Positions 1 through 10,598 of a DNA stretch of 64,000 nucleotides are shown piece after piece. This stretch comes from an uncultured Nitrososphaeraceae archaeon (GTDB lineage Archaea; Thermoproteota; Nitrososphaeria; Nitrososphaerales; Nitrososphaeraceae): the NCBI GenBank assembly GCA_963779615.1, contig CAVZZA010000005.1, forward strand, positions 768,001-832,000, read 5' to 3'. The translations under genes were made by a program, and so were the position numbers. The notes beneath the pieces are model-generated. The model saw only the letters and a program-made list of their open reading frames with translations. It was not told the DNA's origin and did no database searches. Each line of letters begins with the position of its first letter. Within the stretch, counting starts at the first letter, position 1.

Positions 1-167
1 GTACAGGCCAATGGGAGACACATTCAGAAACAGTCTCAAAAAGCATGACAAATTGTAAGACATGGTGGCAGGACTGGTAAACTACAGAACATTGTCATCG
101 TTTTAGATAGGCATCAGTCATTGCCGTACTGATAGTGCATATTGTTTCTAATTATGCAAGAGATCTA
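1..167 (+). mobile_element. IS5-like (DDE_Tnp_4) transposase 3' remnant with probable right terminal inverted repeat
   Basis: Frame from base 2 reads YRPMGDTFRNSLKKHDKL*DMVAGLVNYRT, resembling thaumarchaeal transposase C-termini (FRNxLxxY..D.V.GL.NYR) with an internal stop; ctaattatgcaagagatcta at 148-167 resembles the TIR of these elements. Confidence 0.55.
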
Positions 168-920
168 TAACTAGGTAAAAAAGAGGATGAAATGGGTTTT
201 TGCAATTTTGACAATCCAGTGGCTTTATTAAGGCTCTTTGTTGAAACTAAGGGTGCAAGTCTCGGATTCTGCTATTTTTATATCAACCACACTCACATGT
301 TTTTTATTATTATAACCTAATTATGTTCCAAGGTTATTTCCATACTTGCAGGCATCCTGATCCTTTTGTAGACTAACTTTCCAATCGTGCGACAAGATTT
401 TTACCAAGGCATATCAATAAGAAAATCCACTAAATGAATATTTTCAATTAGAAACCAATAATATCCTACAGTCCAAAAACCAAAATAATATAACTATAAT
501 CCCTTTGTGAGATAAATATTTGTAAGGAAGCGATCGGATTTGTCAATTAGACACAGAAACCATCAAAGAGAAAAAATGGACATAAATCAACATACATTAG
601 TGCTACAAAAAAAAATAACCAATGTCATAATTTTAAAGAATGCAAAAATGACAATACATTATAGTTGAACATGCAACCACTTTGATTTCGAGTAATCATT
701 GGTTTGATGGTCATCATATTATATTTGAAATTATAAGCCTCATGCAATGCCAAGCCCATGGAGGACGACAAGTGACAATTCATCTGCCTTACATTATCAA
801 CACCCCCCTAAAACAACAAATATTGAAACGAGTAGGCAGCATGTAGAAGAACAATGGGCAAGTATAAAAAATGCAGCTTAATAAATTAGGTTTACACCAA
901 CCAAAACAATAATAACTTGG

Positions 921-1010
921 TCTCATTTTGTCTCATTTTGTCTCATTTTGTCTCATTTTGTCTCATTTTGTCTCATTTTGTCTCATTTTGTCTCATTTTG
1001 TCTCATTTTG
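921..1010. repeat. 10-bp tandem repeat (TCTCATTTTG)x9
   Basis: Nine perfect copies read directly; overlaps the stop codon of the 983..2584 gene. Confidence 0.97.
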
Positions 1011-2584
1011 TCTTTAAATCCAGTCAGGGATTTAAAATCACAAGTTGGTTGCTTTAAATCATAAATAACAATATTTTCCGAATGATACACAATTGATGAA
1101 AATAATGGGGCACCATAACTTTTATCAAAATCAAGAAAATACAAGACGGTGTTATTTTTATAGTTATTTTTATGGTCACACAAATAAGCGAATTTTTTTT
1201 CCAAAGATAATAAAAAATTGTTTGTTTGTTTTTTATTCAATGGGGTATCATTCATGCCAACAAAATCTTCGACATAAAGATAAGGTCTTGTTGGATTTAA
1301 AAATAAAGAAAACCACCCTCTTGAGTGTTTTGTTCCGATTATGGTAGAATCATTTGTAGTGTGGGAGTTTATCCAATCAATCGCTTTTAACAGACCGGGG
1401 TTATCATTAATCTCCAATGTGTTAAAAATCATCGAAAATGGGATAATAAACATCGTATTTTCCTTAAAGAAAGAAGGAAGAGAATACGTAACATTGTAGG
1501 GCATCACAGCAAATAGAAATCCGTATACAGTAAAAGCGAACAAAAAGAAAAATATAATTTCTTTTCTCATTCTTCCTTTTCTTGAAGCCAAATAGCTATC
1601 CATTATTGAGAAAAACCCAGAGACTGCGATCAAAGACATATAAACTCCAAAAACAAGCATCCACCGCTCTGGAACAATATAACCGTAATTTGGCACAAAA
1701 ATCCAGGTAAAGGAAAAAATTGCAGTTACTATTAATGGGATCTTTATAATCAAGGTATTGTCATTAAGTTTAGTGGAAAAAAAACCGGGTATGAAAAGAG
1801 GCATCAAAATCCCATAAAGAGACAGAAAGAGAATAGACATGTCAAGTTTGGAAAAAGCATTTTTGTCATATAATGGATTTAGCAACGTATTTAAAAAATC
1901 TGCATTGTTTGAAATAAAAGTGATTTTATCAAAAGCGAAAAAGTAAAAGAAAAAAGTAAAAACGAAAAAGGTATTGATCATAAAAAGGTATTTTTGCTTA
2001 TAAACAAATGAAAAAATAAAAGATACAATGATAAGCAATATACCAATCATGCGATCAGAAAAAACGGTTACAATGGAAATAGAAAAAACGGTTACAATGG
2101 AAATTAAATGAGGAGTTATGTTATTTTTTTCTTTCATGTTATTTATCATCAATAAAAAAAAATTGAACAGAATTAGGGAAAAAAGGTCACGAAATAAATC
2201 CCAAGATACTCTCAAAGTTCCAAGTTGAAAAATAACAAAAACAGTAAAAACTAAACTCATATTTGATGTTTGTTTCATTATTTTTTTGCTCAATAAATAA
2301 ACAGTCACAGAAAAAAAACCATATAAAAGAACAGTAGATATCAAAAATGAATAGTAAATACCAACAGGAGAAACTAATGAAAACAAGTAAACAAGGGCGA
2401 TATAAATCGGAAATTCAGTAATCAATTTGTCCCAATTACTTTCAAAATGATACAGAGTGGGTAGATAATAATTTATAGTATCATATCCCACAGGGTAGGG
2501 AAAGCTGACAACTACCGGCACTAATCGTATCAAACACCCCATGCTAAAAACAACAAGCAGATAAAAAACAGGTTCTTTTCTCAA
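983..2584 (-). CDS. Polytopic membrane protein, possibly GT-C-fold glycosyltransferase-like
   Basis: 533 aa with about 12 hydrophobic segments; YPVGYDT loop after TM1; PERW motif; soluble C-terminal domain. Confidence 0.65.
   Translation of the reverse strand: MRKEPVFYLLVVFSMGCLIRLVPVVVSFPYPVGYDTINYYLPTLYHFESNWDKLITEFPIYIALVYLFSLVSPVGIYYSFLISTVLLYGFFSVTVYLLSKKIMKQTSNMSLVFTVFVIFQLGTLRVSWDLFRDLFSLILFNFFLLMINNMKEKNNITPHLISIVTVFSISIVTVFSDRMIGILLIIVSFIFSFVYKQKYLFMINTFFVFTFFFYFFAFDKITFISNNADFLNTLLNPLYDKNAFSKLDMSILFLSLYGILMPLFIPGFFSTKLNDNTLIIKIPLIVTAIFSFTWIFVPNYGYIVPERWMLVFGVYMSLIAVSGFFSIMDSYLASRKGRMRKEIIFFFLFAFTVYGFLFAVMPYNVTYSLPSFFKENTMFIIPFSMIFNTLEINDNPGLLKAIDWINSHTTNDSTIIGTKHSRGWFSLFLNPTRPYLYVEDFVGMNDTPLNKKQTNNFLLSLEKKFAYLCDHKNNYKNNTVLYFLDFDKSYGAPLFSSIVYHSENIVIYDLKQPTCDFKSLTGFKDKMRQNETK
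2057..2104. repeat. Perfect 24-bp tandem duplication inside the membrane protein (ISIVTVFS x2)
   Basis: agaaaaaacggttacaatggaaat occurs twice in tandem. Confidence 0.95.
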
Positions 2585-2633
2585 GAAAATTCAATCAAAA
2601 AAACAAAATGAAATAAAATGAAATAAAAACTCA

Positions 2634-3488
2634 TCAAACATATTTTTTTTCCATATTCATGTATCTATCAAGTTCAACAAGTTTATTGAATTCCTTAAAT
2701 TTAATCATTCTATCAATTAAAGGTTTTGTTGTTCCAGTCTGTTGCAATGTTTTAAATGTATCGTAAATAGCAAAAGTTGATGAGAATAATCCAGATAAAG
2801 GAAAAACGGCTATGCGATATCCCAAGTCCAAAAGATCTTTGGACGTCAAATTTGGTGTGATACCCTCTTCAATCATGTTTGCAACTAAAGGAGCATCAAT
2901 TTCAGAAGATATGGCTTTTAATTCCTCAATAGAGTGAGGAGCCTCAACAAACACCACATCAGCACCAATCTCCCTGTACTTTTTTCCCCGTTTTATCGCT
3001 TCGTCAATACCAAGCGGAGCTCTTGCATCGGTTCTTGCAACAATAATAAAATCGCGATTGTTTTTTTTTGCATCAATGGCTGATCTTAATTTGGGTATGT
3101 ACTCATCATCATCAATTACTTCTTTACCACTCATATGTCCACATCGTTTGGGCCAAACTTGATCTTCCAAAAAAATTCCGGATGCGCCAATCTTTTGAAG
3201 ATCGTTTACCAATTTCCAAACAGTTAAAGGGTTACCATATCCGGTATCTACATCGACTATTAATGGAATATCAACTGCCCTGGTTATTCTCCTGGCAGTC
3301 TCCAATGTTTCAGTCATACTAAGAAAACCAAAATCAGGCATTGCCAACATTGAGGCAGAAGTCCCGTATCCCGTTTGAAAAATTGCTTTGAAACCAACGT
3401 GTTCGGCAATTTTTGCGGTTAAGGCATCATACACACCAGGCATAACTAAAATTTCCCCTTTACTGGACAGCAATTCGCTTAATGACAA
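2634..3488 (-). CDS. prpB: 2-methylisocitrate lyase / isocitrate lyase-PEP mutase family
   Basis: PGVYDAL, DVDTGYG, EDQ..PKRCGH catalytic loop, IVARTDA. Confidence 0.85.
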   Translation of the reverse strand: MSLSELLSSKGEILVMPGVYDALTAKIAEHVGFKAIFQTGYGTSASMLAMPDFGFLSMTETLETARRITRAVDIPLIVDVDTGYGNPLTVWKLVNDLQKIGASGIFLEDQVWPKRCGHMSGKEVIDDDEYIPKLRSAIDAKKNNRDFIIVARTDARAPLGIDEAIKRGKKYREIGADVVFVEAPHSIEELKAISSEIDAPLVANMIEEGITPNLTSKDLLDLGYRIAVFPLSGLFSSTFAIYDTFKTLQQTGTTKPLIDRMIKFKEFNKLVELDRYMNMEKKYV

Positions 3489-3804
3489 ATACTAAGTATG
3501 CTTTTCACTACTTTATATAATTTTAATCCCGTATGAAAAAATGACAAGAATTTGAAATACTGTTTTGTCATAATAATCATCATACACATACATACATACA
3601 CAAATTTTAAAAACTAAATTGCCTATAAAATGATACCATGACATTACAATGGTAATATTCAAGTTTTAATCCATGTCATCAAAAACACATCAGACAACAT
3701 ACACAGCAAAAAAACTCAGAAAGACAATAACGACAATTTTATTGTTTTTATATACAATGCTACAAAAATCAAAAGATATGAATTGTATCCAATAGGATAA
3801 AAAG

Positions 3805-5241
3805 TTACAATTTTGACATAGCAAGATAAATAATTTTGAAGATGTTACTGGCAATATCATATTTATCTTGAATTGGAAAATGGTAATAATTTTTATTTTT
3901 ATCAATTATGAAAACCTCATTTAAATCCGACCCCACAGGTGTTTCTTTTTTACCGACATCATTTGCAACCACCAAATCGGCATCAGCATCGACTATTTTT
4001 TGATAGGATTTTTGAAGCAACACGTCAATGGACACATCATAATCTGCTTTGAATGCAACCAAAAATAAATTTTTATGGGCAATTTTAATTTTATCTATAA
4101 TTTTCACAGTGGGAACAAAAGTAAGGGTTAATGATGGAGTATCGGAATTTATTTTGGAACTAGAATATTCAGAAGGTTTAAAATCTGAAACAGCAGCAGC
4201 TAAAATAACTATATCGTATAATACTGAGTTTAACTCTTTAATAATTACATCATGCATCTGTTTGGAAGTTGTTACATCAAATACTTTGAAATCAACCTTA
4301 TGGAATGATTCATCCCTGATGTCACCTGCGGCGGTAGTGGAACCTTTTACAATTGTAATTTTTGATCCAAAAGTCAGAGCATTTTTCACAAGAGAGATGC
4401 CCATTTTACCTGAGCTTGTGTTGGAAATTATTCTGATAGGGTCCACATATTCTACGGTACTACCAAAGGAAATTAAAATTCGCTTATTTCTAAAAAATTC
4501 ATTCATGGAGTCTTTCTTAATTTCAGAAATTATTTTCTCTGATTTCCTAACAAAAACGATATTTTTGCCATAACTATTGTTATTTTTATTACTGTTTATA
4601 ACATTGTCAACAGAACAATGACTTTTTTCAAGGATACTGATGACTGATTCAAGAACAACATCGATATTGGCAATTTTAGCTTTTCCTTCTTCAATTACGG
4701 GATTTATGAAAACAACGTTGTTTTTTTTTAATTTAACGATATTTTCTTTGATAACATCATTTTGATACATAGATTCGTGCATAGCGGGTGCAATAACTAT
4801 TGGGATTTTTGAACCCAAGGCAACGGATAAAACAGAGGTTGGCGGGGTATCATCTATGCCATTTGCAAACTTACCAATGGTATTAGCAGTAGATGGATAC
4901 ACAATAACTAAATCCGACTTACCGTAATCTGCCACCAATATGTGCTCTAATTTTCCCGATAGCTTGGATATGACTTTGTTGCCACTTGCCCATTCAAAAT
5001 AATCTTTTGAAATAAACTTTTCAACTGTTTTTGACATAACTACAAAAACTTCGGCACCATGCCTTGTTAAAAGGCGAATTAAATCGATGGTTTTGTAACA
5101 CGCCACACTCGCTGTAACACAAACAATAATTTTTTTACGGAATAGTTCAGTTCCAAGTGTTGATTGTATATCCTTTGAAGGGTGAATAAATGGATATCCA
5201 AATTTCTCGGTGTTGGCATCATTTTTATCAGTCATAAACAA
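3805..5241 (-). CDS. coaBC: Bifunctional phosphopantothenoylcysteine decarboxylase / phosphopantothenate-cysteine ligase
   Basis: HFCD N-domain (TASVACY, PSTANTIGK, APAMHESM) plus CoaB domain (DPIRIISNTSSGKMG, AAAVSDF, VVANDV); CoA operon context. Confidence 0.95.
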   Translation of the reverse strand: MFMTDKNDANTEKFGYPFIHPSKDIQSTLGTELFRKKIIVCVTASVACYKTIDLIRLLTRHGAEVFVVMSKTVEKFISKDYFEWASGNKVISKLSGKLEHILVADYGKSDLVIVYPSTANTIGKFANGIDDTPPTSVLSVALGSKIPIVIAPAMHESMYQNDVIKENIVKLKKNNVVFINPVIEEGKAKIANIDVVLESVISILEKSHCSVDNVINSNKNNNSYGKNIVFVRKSEKIISEIKKDSMNEFFRNKRILISFGSTVEYVDPIRIISNTSSGKMGISLVKNALTFGSKITIVKGSTTAAGDIRDESFHKVDFKVFDVTTSKQMHDVIIKELNSVLYDIVILAAAVSDFKPSEYSSSKINSDTPSLTLTFVPTVKIIDKIKIAHKNLFLVAFKADYDVSIDVLLQKSYQKIVDADADLVVANDVGKKETPVGSDLNEVFIIDKNKNYYHFPIQDKYDIASNIFKIIYLAMSKL

Positions 5242-5280
5242 TACACCCCTCTATACAAAACAAATAATAATTAGTTTTTG

Positions 5281-6147
5281 TCAATTATTTTCTTTTCTTT
5301 TATTATTCAAAGAGTAAACATAATTTTCAAATTTTTGTAACTCCTCCCCTGACATATAAGAAGTATGTCCAGCATTTGGAAAGCCGCCAGACCTCACATC
5401 ATTAACATAGTTTTTCAATGCGGTTGAAAATAGAGAGTGTGACTCAGCATAGCGTTTTACAAATTTTGGCTTGATATCATCGTACAACCCCAATAAATCA
5501 TGTAATACAAGTACCTGCCCGTCACATTTATTTCCCGAGCCTATGCCAATTGTTGGGATAGAAACACCTTGAGAAATTTTTTCTGCAGTCTCATCTGTAA
5601 CCATCTCAAGTACTATGCTAAAAGCGCCGGCCTTCTCAAGTTCAAGTGCATCATTGAATAAACCAATGGCAGTTTCACAGGTCTTTCCCTGAACCTTGTA
5701 TCCTTCCCATAATGGAGAAGTTTGGGGCTTTAACCCAATATGCCCCATGACTGGAATGCCTTTTTTTGTGAGGCTTTGTACAAGAGGGGCGACTTCAACA
5801 CCCCCTTCTATTTTTATTGCATTGCACCCCATTTTTATGAATTTTATGGCATTCAAAAAAGCTAAAGACAAATCAGGCTGATATGATCCAAATGGCATAT
5901 CCGCTACAATCAGAGCATTTTTTGATCCATTTATGACCCCTCTACAGAATACAATCATTTCATCAATAGTAACAGGAATTGTACTATTGTATCCGAGCAT
6001 AACCATACCGGCGCTATCACCAACCAAAATTACCTCGATTCCAGAAGTATCACAAATTTTTGCAGTACAGTAATCATAGGCAGTAACAACCACTATTTTT
6101 TCAGATTTGTTCTTTTTTTGCCTAATGTCATTGACACTTAGTCTCAT
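5281..6147 (-). CDS. panB: 3-methyl-2-oxobutanoate hydroxymethyltransferase
   Basis: TAYD, LVGDSAGM, ADMPFGSY, KIEGG, GHIGL, GIGSG, DGQVLV motifs. Confidence 0.97.
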   Translation of the reverse strand: MRLSVNDIRQKKNKSEKIVVVTAYDYCTAKICDTSGIEVILVGDSAGMVMLGYNSTIPVTIDEMIVFCRGVINGSKNALIVADMPFGSYQPDLSLAFLNAIKFIKMGCNAIKIEGGVEVAPLVQSLTKKGIPVMGHIGLKPQTSPLWEGYKVQGKTCETAIGLFNDALELEKAGAFSIVLEMVTDETAEKISQGVSIPTIGIGSGNKCDGQVLVLHDLLGLYDDIKPKFVKRYAESHSLFSTALKNYVNDVRSGGFPNAGHTSYMSGEELQKFENYVYSLNNKRKENN

Positions 6148-6210
6148 TTTATTTCACAAACACCCAAAGCACAAACAAAATATCAAGCACACATCTTCAC
6201 ACTGCGCCAT

Positions 6211-6978
6211 TTACAGCATTAATGTTTTAGTCAACCTTTTACTTGACCTTATAGTATTGATTGACTCTTTTATGCATTGTTCATTATCATAACAACTGAC
6301 AATTTCTTTTAATTCTTTTTTTGTAGAATTTTTTTTATGGTGTTCTACACATTTTATCAGCTGAGGAATAGATCTGACAACATTATCAACTATCGATATA
6401 TCAGAAGTTATTGATGTTCTTGACAAAGGATTAAGATCAACCGTAATAACCTTTTTATTCATTTTCTTTAAAGCAACAGTTCTATCGCCATCTTCCAAAG
6501 GAACGAAAACCACATCGGCTATAAAAATCCCGTCTGGGTCAACTATTCGTCGGCTGCTTTCCAATTCGGGAACTTCTTTGAATTTGGTTTGTCCTACACC
6601 CAATATTCTTGTTGCTCCATGTTTTTTTAACTCGTTTGCAATCAATTTTTCTCTTTTCTCGGTACGGTAAAAAAGATTTATCTCGATGGATGATCTTTCC
6701 AAAGACCCATTTAACTCGCATATTTCTTTGCCACACAAGGCTGCAGTATTACCATTAACTGATAGGACAGGGTATTCTGCAAGCACAAAAAGAGCCGAAG
6801 CAGCATTTATAGAGTTTAATGCAGATTCAGTGGTCCGCTCGCCCAATAAATAATCAAATGATTCACCCCTACCATGCGCAATCAATCCTTCCCTAGCAAC
6901 AAGACCATTTTCAAAACCATCCACTAATTTTTCTCGTATCATTAAGGAGCAGTAACGGGGGTGATTTTTCGGTATCAT
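6211..6978 (-). CDS. Archaeal phosphopantothenate synthetase (4-phosphopantoate--beta-alanine ligase)
   Basis: IPKNHPRY, GLIAHGRGESFDYLLGE, SVNGN, VPLEDGDR, DLNPLSRT; ATGA overlap with the upstream kinase. Confidence 0.93.
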   Translation of the reverse strand: MIPKNHPRYCSLMIREKLVDGFENGLVAREGLIAHGRGESFDYLLGERTTESALNSINAASALFVLAEYPVLSVNGNTAALCGKEICELNGSLERSSIEINLFYRTEKREKLIANELKKHGATRILGVGQTKFKEVPELESSRRIVDPDGIFIADVVFVPLEDGDRTVALKKMNKKVITVDLNPLSRTSITSDISIVDNVVRSIPQLIKCVEHHKKNSTKKELKEIVSCYDNEQCIKESINTIRSSKRLTKTLML

Positions 6979-7946
6979 TGTTTTTGGCCCCGTTTAGATT
7001 TATCTTCAATCATCCTGGCCCCATGGTCATCAATATGGCAACAGAGCAACGTTCCATCAAACTGTTTTAACGCACGAGTTACCTTTGGCACTGTTTCTTG
7101 TTCCACAATTGTGAATAGGGTATGACCAAACAATGCAACACCACTTTTGATTCCAATTGAATTAAGGGACAAAAATGGCTCCCTGCAAAAACTATCTAAA
7201 AGGCCGCACTCCCTGGCAAAAACATTAGAAAGGTCTAAAAAAGTATCAATGTTCGGGTGTTGTATTAACTTGTTAATCAACGCTTTTCCTCTCTCATTTA
7301 ATAAATTATTTTTTTCATTAGGGGATATGGATCTACCCAACAAACATTCGGTATTGATAGGTTTTATGCACAAAATTATGGCACGGTAATTTGAAGAGAT
7401 GGGAATTTTTGACACCTTTCCTATTCCAGGGCCTCCGATACTGGTCCTTATTTCAAAGCCACCAGTAAATTCAGATATTACGGTCCCAAGTCCAGTTTTA
7501 CAAATAAAATCTGCATGGTGAGCTACTTGGGCGGCTTGGATTTTGGTCAGATTCGTTTTTAATGCATGGTTGAGAGCATAGGAGAGACTGAGTGCTGCTG
7601 AACCGCTAGAACCAAGGCCATAGCCAATTGGTATTTCAGATTCGTGCTCAACAGAGATGAAAATTGGCTTATCAACCATTTTTAGATAATGTTCTGTGAC
7701 AAATTTAGAAACTTTGGAATCAAGAGAGTTGATGCCGTTTAAACTTATTTTATAGTTTTTACTATAATCATTAAAGACCTTAACAGTTGTACAAATTCCC
7801 CTGCCAATACTAAAACCTGCCCCCAATGAGCCATTAAAATTTGGATGGAGCGTTTGCAATGATTTATCGGTAGCAAAGAAACCAGTTAAATGACCAGGAC
7901 TAAAGGCCTTTGCAATTGATACTGGTTGTTGAGCTACTATAACCAT
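6975..7946 (-). CDS. Pantoate kinase (GHMP family)
   Basis: FSPGHLTGFF, GSLGAG, GHMP motif PIGYGLGSSG, TGLGTV; adjacent to PPS/panB/coaBC. Confidence 0.92.
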   Translation of the reverse strand: MVIVAQQPVSIAKAFSPGHLTGFFATDKSLQTLHPNFNGSLGAGFSIGRGICTTVKVFNDYSKNYKISLNGINSLDSKVSKFVTEHYLKMVDKPIFISVEHESEIPIGYGLGSSGSAALSLSYALNHALKTNLTKIQAAQVAHHADFICKTGLGTVISEFTGGFEIRTSIGGPGIGKVSKIPISSNYRAIILCIKPINTECLLGRSISPNEKNNLLNERGKALINKLIQHPNIDTFLDLSNVFARECGLLDSFCREPFLSLNSIGIKSGVALFGHTLFTIVEQETVPKVTRALKQFDGTLLCCHIDDHGARMIEDKSKRGQKQ

Positions 7947-8017
7947 TTTGACTTTATTGATATTACCAGTAAATATAAAAATATAGTTTAATTAATTTAA
8001 ACAAGTATAAACTTATC

Positions 8018-9106
8018 ATGACGATCTATAACAGAGCACTACAACAAATAGGAAACAGCATTTTGGTTTCGCTCCCAAGCGAATGGATAAAAAAAAACCT
8101 TTTAACAAAAGGCAAAGTCATAAGCATGGAAACAAATAGTGACAACACAATTTTGATTTACAACATCAACCAGGAACAAGAAATAAAAATAGAGTTTAAC
8201 TATCATTATGATGATCGTGAATTAAGCTCAAAAAATGCGGTTGATGGCAAGAGCAAGGACAACAAGATTTCAGGCGTAGGAAAAACTACAGAGGACATTA
8301 AGATGTTGTTAAACAAGATTTTTGGTGCGTACCTATTGGGGTACAATGTAATAAACATAAAATCCAAAGAATCCATATCTTTTGACGATAGTGAAACAAT
8401 AAAAAAATCCATTAGAAAACTAATAGGTTTAGAGATAGTCGATGAGAATAATTACAATATAAACCTGCAATTTCTTTTAGATGCAAAAACACTGAACATA
8501 GAAAAAATACTGAACATGATGAATTCCATAATCACTGGCATGTTCAGGGAAACAATATATTCTTTGCACGGTAAACCAAACCTGGATTTAAAAAAAAAGA
8601 TAGCCAGCAGAGATGACGAGATAGATAGGCAATATTTCCTATTGGTGAGACTAATAAGAACCGCAATAATGAATAAAAAACTAGCAAGCACTTTGAATTT
8701 AAGCAATATAGACATGCTGGACTACAGAATCGCTGCAAATTATCTTGAGACCGCCGGTGATTTGATAACAGAACTAATATCATATTTATCAGAAATTAAG
8801 GAAGACAAACAAATAGCAGAACTGATAAAAAAAACAGGCAGTTCCCTTGATGAAATGCAAATTTATTCAATAGAAGCATTTACCAAAATGAGCAGAGACA
8901 AGGCTTTTAAAGTGATAGAAAATTATGAGGAATTTAAGATTTCATTGTCAGATCTAAAAAAAAACATCAAATCAAACAAAGATATCCTGATAAACGAAAC
9001 ATCACTTGTGGCAGTTGTAAACATCATAGCGTGCCTTGACAAGATAGCGAAATGCTGGATAGATATAACAGATCTGGCCAAACCAACGTATTTAATCAAA
9101 CCATAA
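8018..9106 (+). CDS. phoU: Archaeal AbrB-PhoU phosphate uptake regulator
   Basis: N-terminal RALQQIGNSILVSLPSEW (AbrB), AYLLGY, LIGLEIV, RDDEIDRQYFL and ETAGD PhoU motifs. Confidence 0.85.
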   Translation: MTIYNRALQQIGNSILVSLPSEWIKKNLLTKGKVISMETNSDNTILIYNINQEQEIKIEFNYHYDDRELSSKNAVDGKSKDNKISGVGKTTEDIKMLLNKIFGAYLLGYNVINIKSKESISFDDSETIKKSIRKLIGLEIVDENNYNINLQFLLDAKTLNIEKILNMMNSIITGMFRETIYSLHGKPNLDLKKKIASRDDEIDRQYFLLVRLIRTAIMNKKLASTLNLSNIDMLDYRIAANYLETAGDLITELISYLSEIKEDKQIAELIKKTGSSLDEMQIYSIEAFTKMSRDKAFKVIENYEEFKISLSDLKKNIKSNKDILINETSLVAVVNIIACLDKIAKCWIDITDLAKPTYLIKP

Positions 9107-9157
9107 ATAAAGTGCTAGTGGAAAAACAAAAACAGAAAGTTTTTTTAAATTTTTTTG

Positions 9158-10345
9158 TCATCGTTCCCTTTTTCCGCTTACAAAATCCATGAAATTGGAT
9201 TTGGCCTGAGAATAAGGCATCTGAATGGGAGGGTGTTTAAAACAAAAAGCAGAAATGCTCTCAAGCGGTCCGGATATACCCCTGTCCAATGCAATTTTGG
9301 AGGCACGAATAGCATCGATCATAACCCCAGAACTGTTGTATGCATCGGGAACTCTAAGCTTCAAGTCAAGCTCCAATGGCACTTTTCCAAAAAATCTACC
9401 TTTCATATAAATATAACAGACCTTGTCATTCTTCAAAAAACTAACATAATCAGAAGGGCCTATACGCATCGGGATATCATACGGCACCATGGCCTTTACA
9501 GCAGAAGTTTTGCTAACCCTCTTATCTTCAAGTCGCTCTTCATCCAGCATATTATAAAAATCCATATCACCCCCAACGTTTAATTGATATGTTTCATCTA
9601 TTTTTACTCCCCTATCTACCCACAATCTTGCCAGAGTTTTATGAACAACTGTTGCTCCTAGCTGACTCATCACATCATCTCCGGCACAAGGAATGTTTTT
9701 TTCAACAAAACGATTTTGCCAACCTGGATCTGATGCTATAAATACTGGAATGGCATTTACAAAACCGACACCTGCTTCCAGACACTTTTCTGCATAATTC
9801 CTAGTTGCGGTTCTACTGCCAACTGGCAGATAATTAATCAATATGTCAGTATTTGTATCTTTCAATGTTTTTGCAATATCAACAGTCGGGTTTTCAGAAA
9901 TCTTTACCTTTTCGGAGAAATGCCTTCCCGCCCCATCCAAAACATCACCCTTCTGAACTTGCACATCAAAAGACGGAACATCCACTATGTTAATTGCATT
10001 ATTTGGGGACGCAAAAATAGCTTCCGACAAATCCAAACCAACCTTTGTATCAGCAACATCAAAGGCTGCAACAAACTCGATATCTCCAGGCACGTAGCCT
10101 CCAATATCGTAAGAGGTAAGACCAATAGAACTTTCAGTCATGGAGTTAAAAGCACCGTCATCAGCTAAAGAAGAGTTTTTTTGAGATTCTTTACTACCGG
10201 CGTCTGATGTATTGTTCGTAACTTTTTTACCATTAAAACTAGATTTATAATACTGGATTCCCTGGACAAGGGCAGAAGCACAATTTCCAATACCTGCAAT
10301 TGCAACCTTAATTTTTTTTGTCATGAATTTACTATATGTATTCAA
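9158..10345 (-). CDS. ino1: myo-inositol-1-phosphate synthase
   Basis: GIGNCASALVQG, INYLPVGS, FVNAIPVFIAS, GDDVMSQLGAT, YQLNVGGDMDF, HPP. Confidence 0.95.
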   Translation of the reverse strand: MNTYSKFMTKKIKVAIAGIGNCASALVQGIQYYKSSFNGKKVTNNTSDAGSKESQKNSSLADDGAFNSMTESSIGLTSYDIGGYVPGDIEFVAAFDVADTKVGLDLSEAIFASPNNAINIVDVPSFDVQVQKGDVLDGAGRHFSEKVKISENPTVDIAKTLKDTNTDILINYLPVGSRTATRNYAEKCLEAGVGFVNAIPVFIASDPGWQNRFVEKNIPCAGDDVMSQLGATVVHKTLARLWVDRGVKIDETYQLNVGGDMDFYNMLDEERLEDKRVSKTSAVKAMVPYDIPMRIGPSDYVSFLKNDKVCYIYMKGRFFGKVPLELDLKLRVPDAYNSSGVMIDAIRASKIALDRGISGPLESISAFCFKHPPIQMPYSQAKSNFMDFVSGKRER

Positions 10346-10442
10346 TCATATTTTTATATAAGTACTTTGTTAAACAACCTTATTTTTAATTTATTGAATA
10401 TTCAAAAGAATTTAATACCGCAAAAACAATATTAGGATGTAT

Positions 10443-10598
10443 ATGACCATGGCATGTTTAAGATGTGGCAAGTTAATGGTGTGGTTAAATGGCTCCATTA
10501 GTCATACTCATGACACCAATTACTACGAATGCAGAAATTGTAAAATAAAAGTTATCAAGCATTCTGATGACAAAATAACAGAAATAGAAGAAAATTAA
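10443..10598 (+). CDS. Small zinc-ribbon protein (51 aa), absent from the ORF track
   Basis: Manual translation MTMACLRCGKLMVWLNGSISHTHDTNYYECRNCKIKVIKHSDDKITEIEEN* with two CxxC pairs. Confidence 0.75.
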   Translation: MTMACLRCGKLMVWLNGSISHTHDTNYYECRNCKIKVIKHSDDKITEIEEN

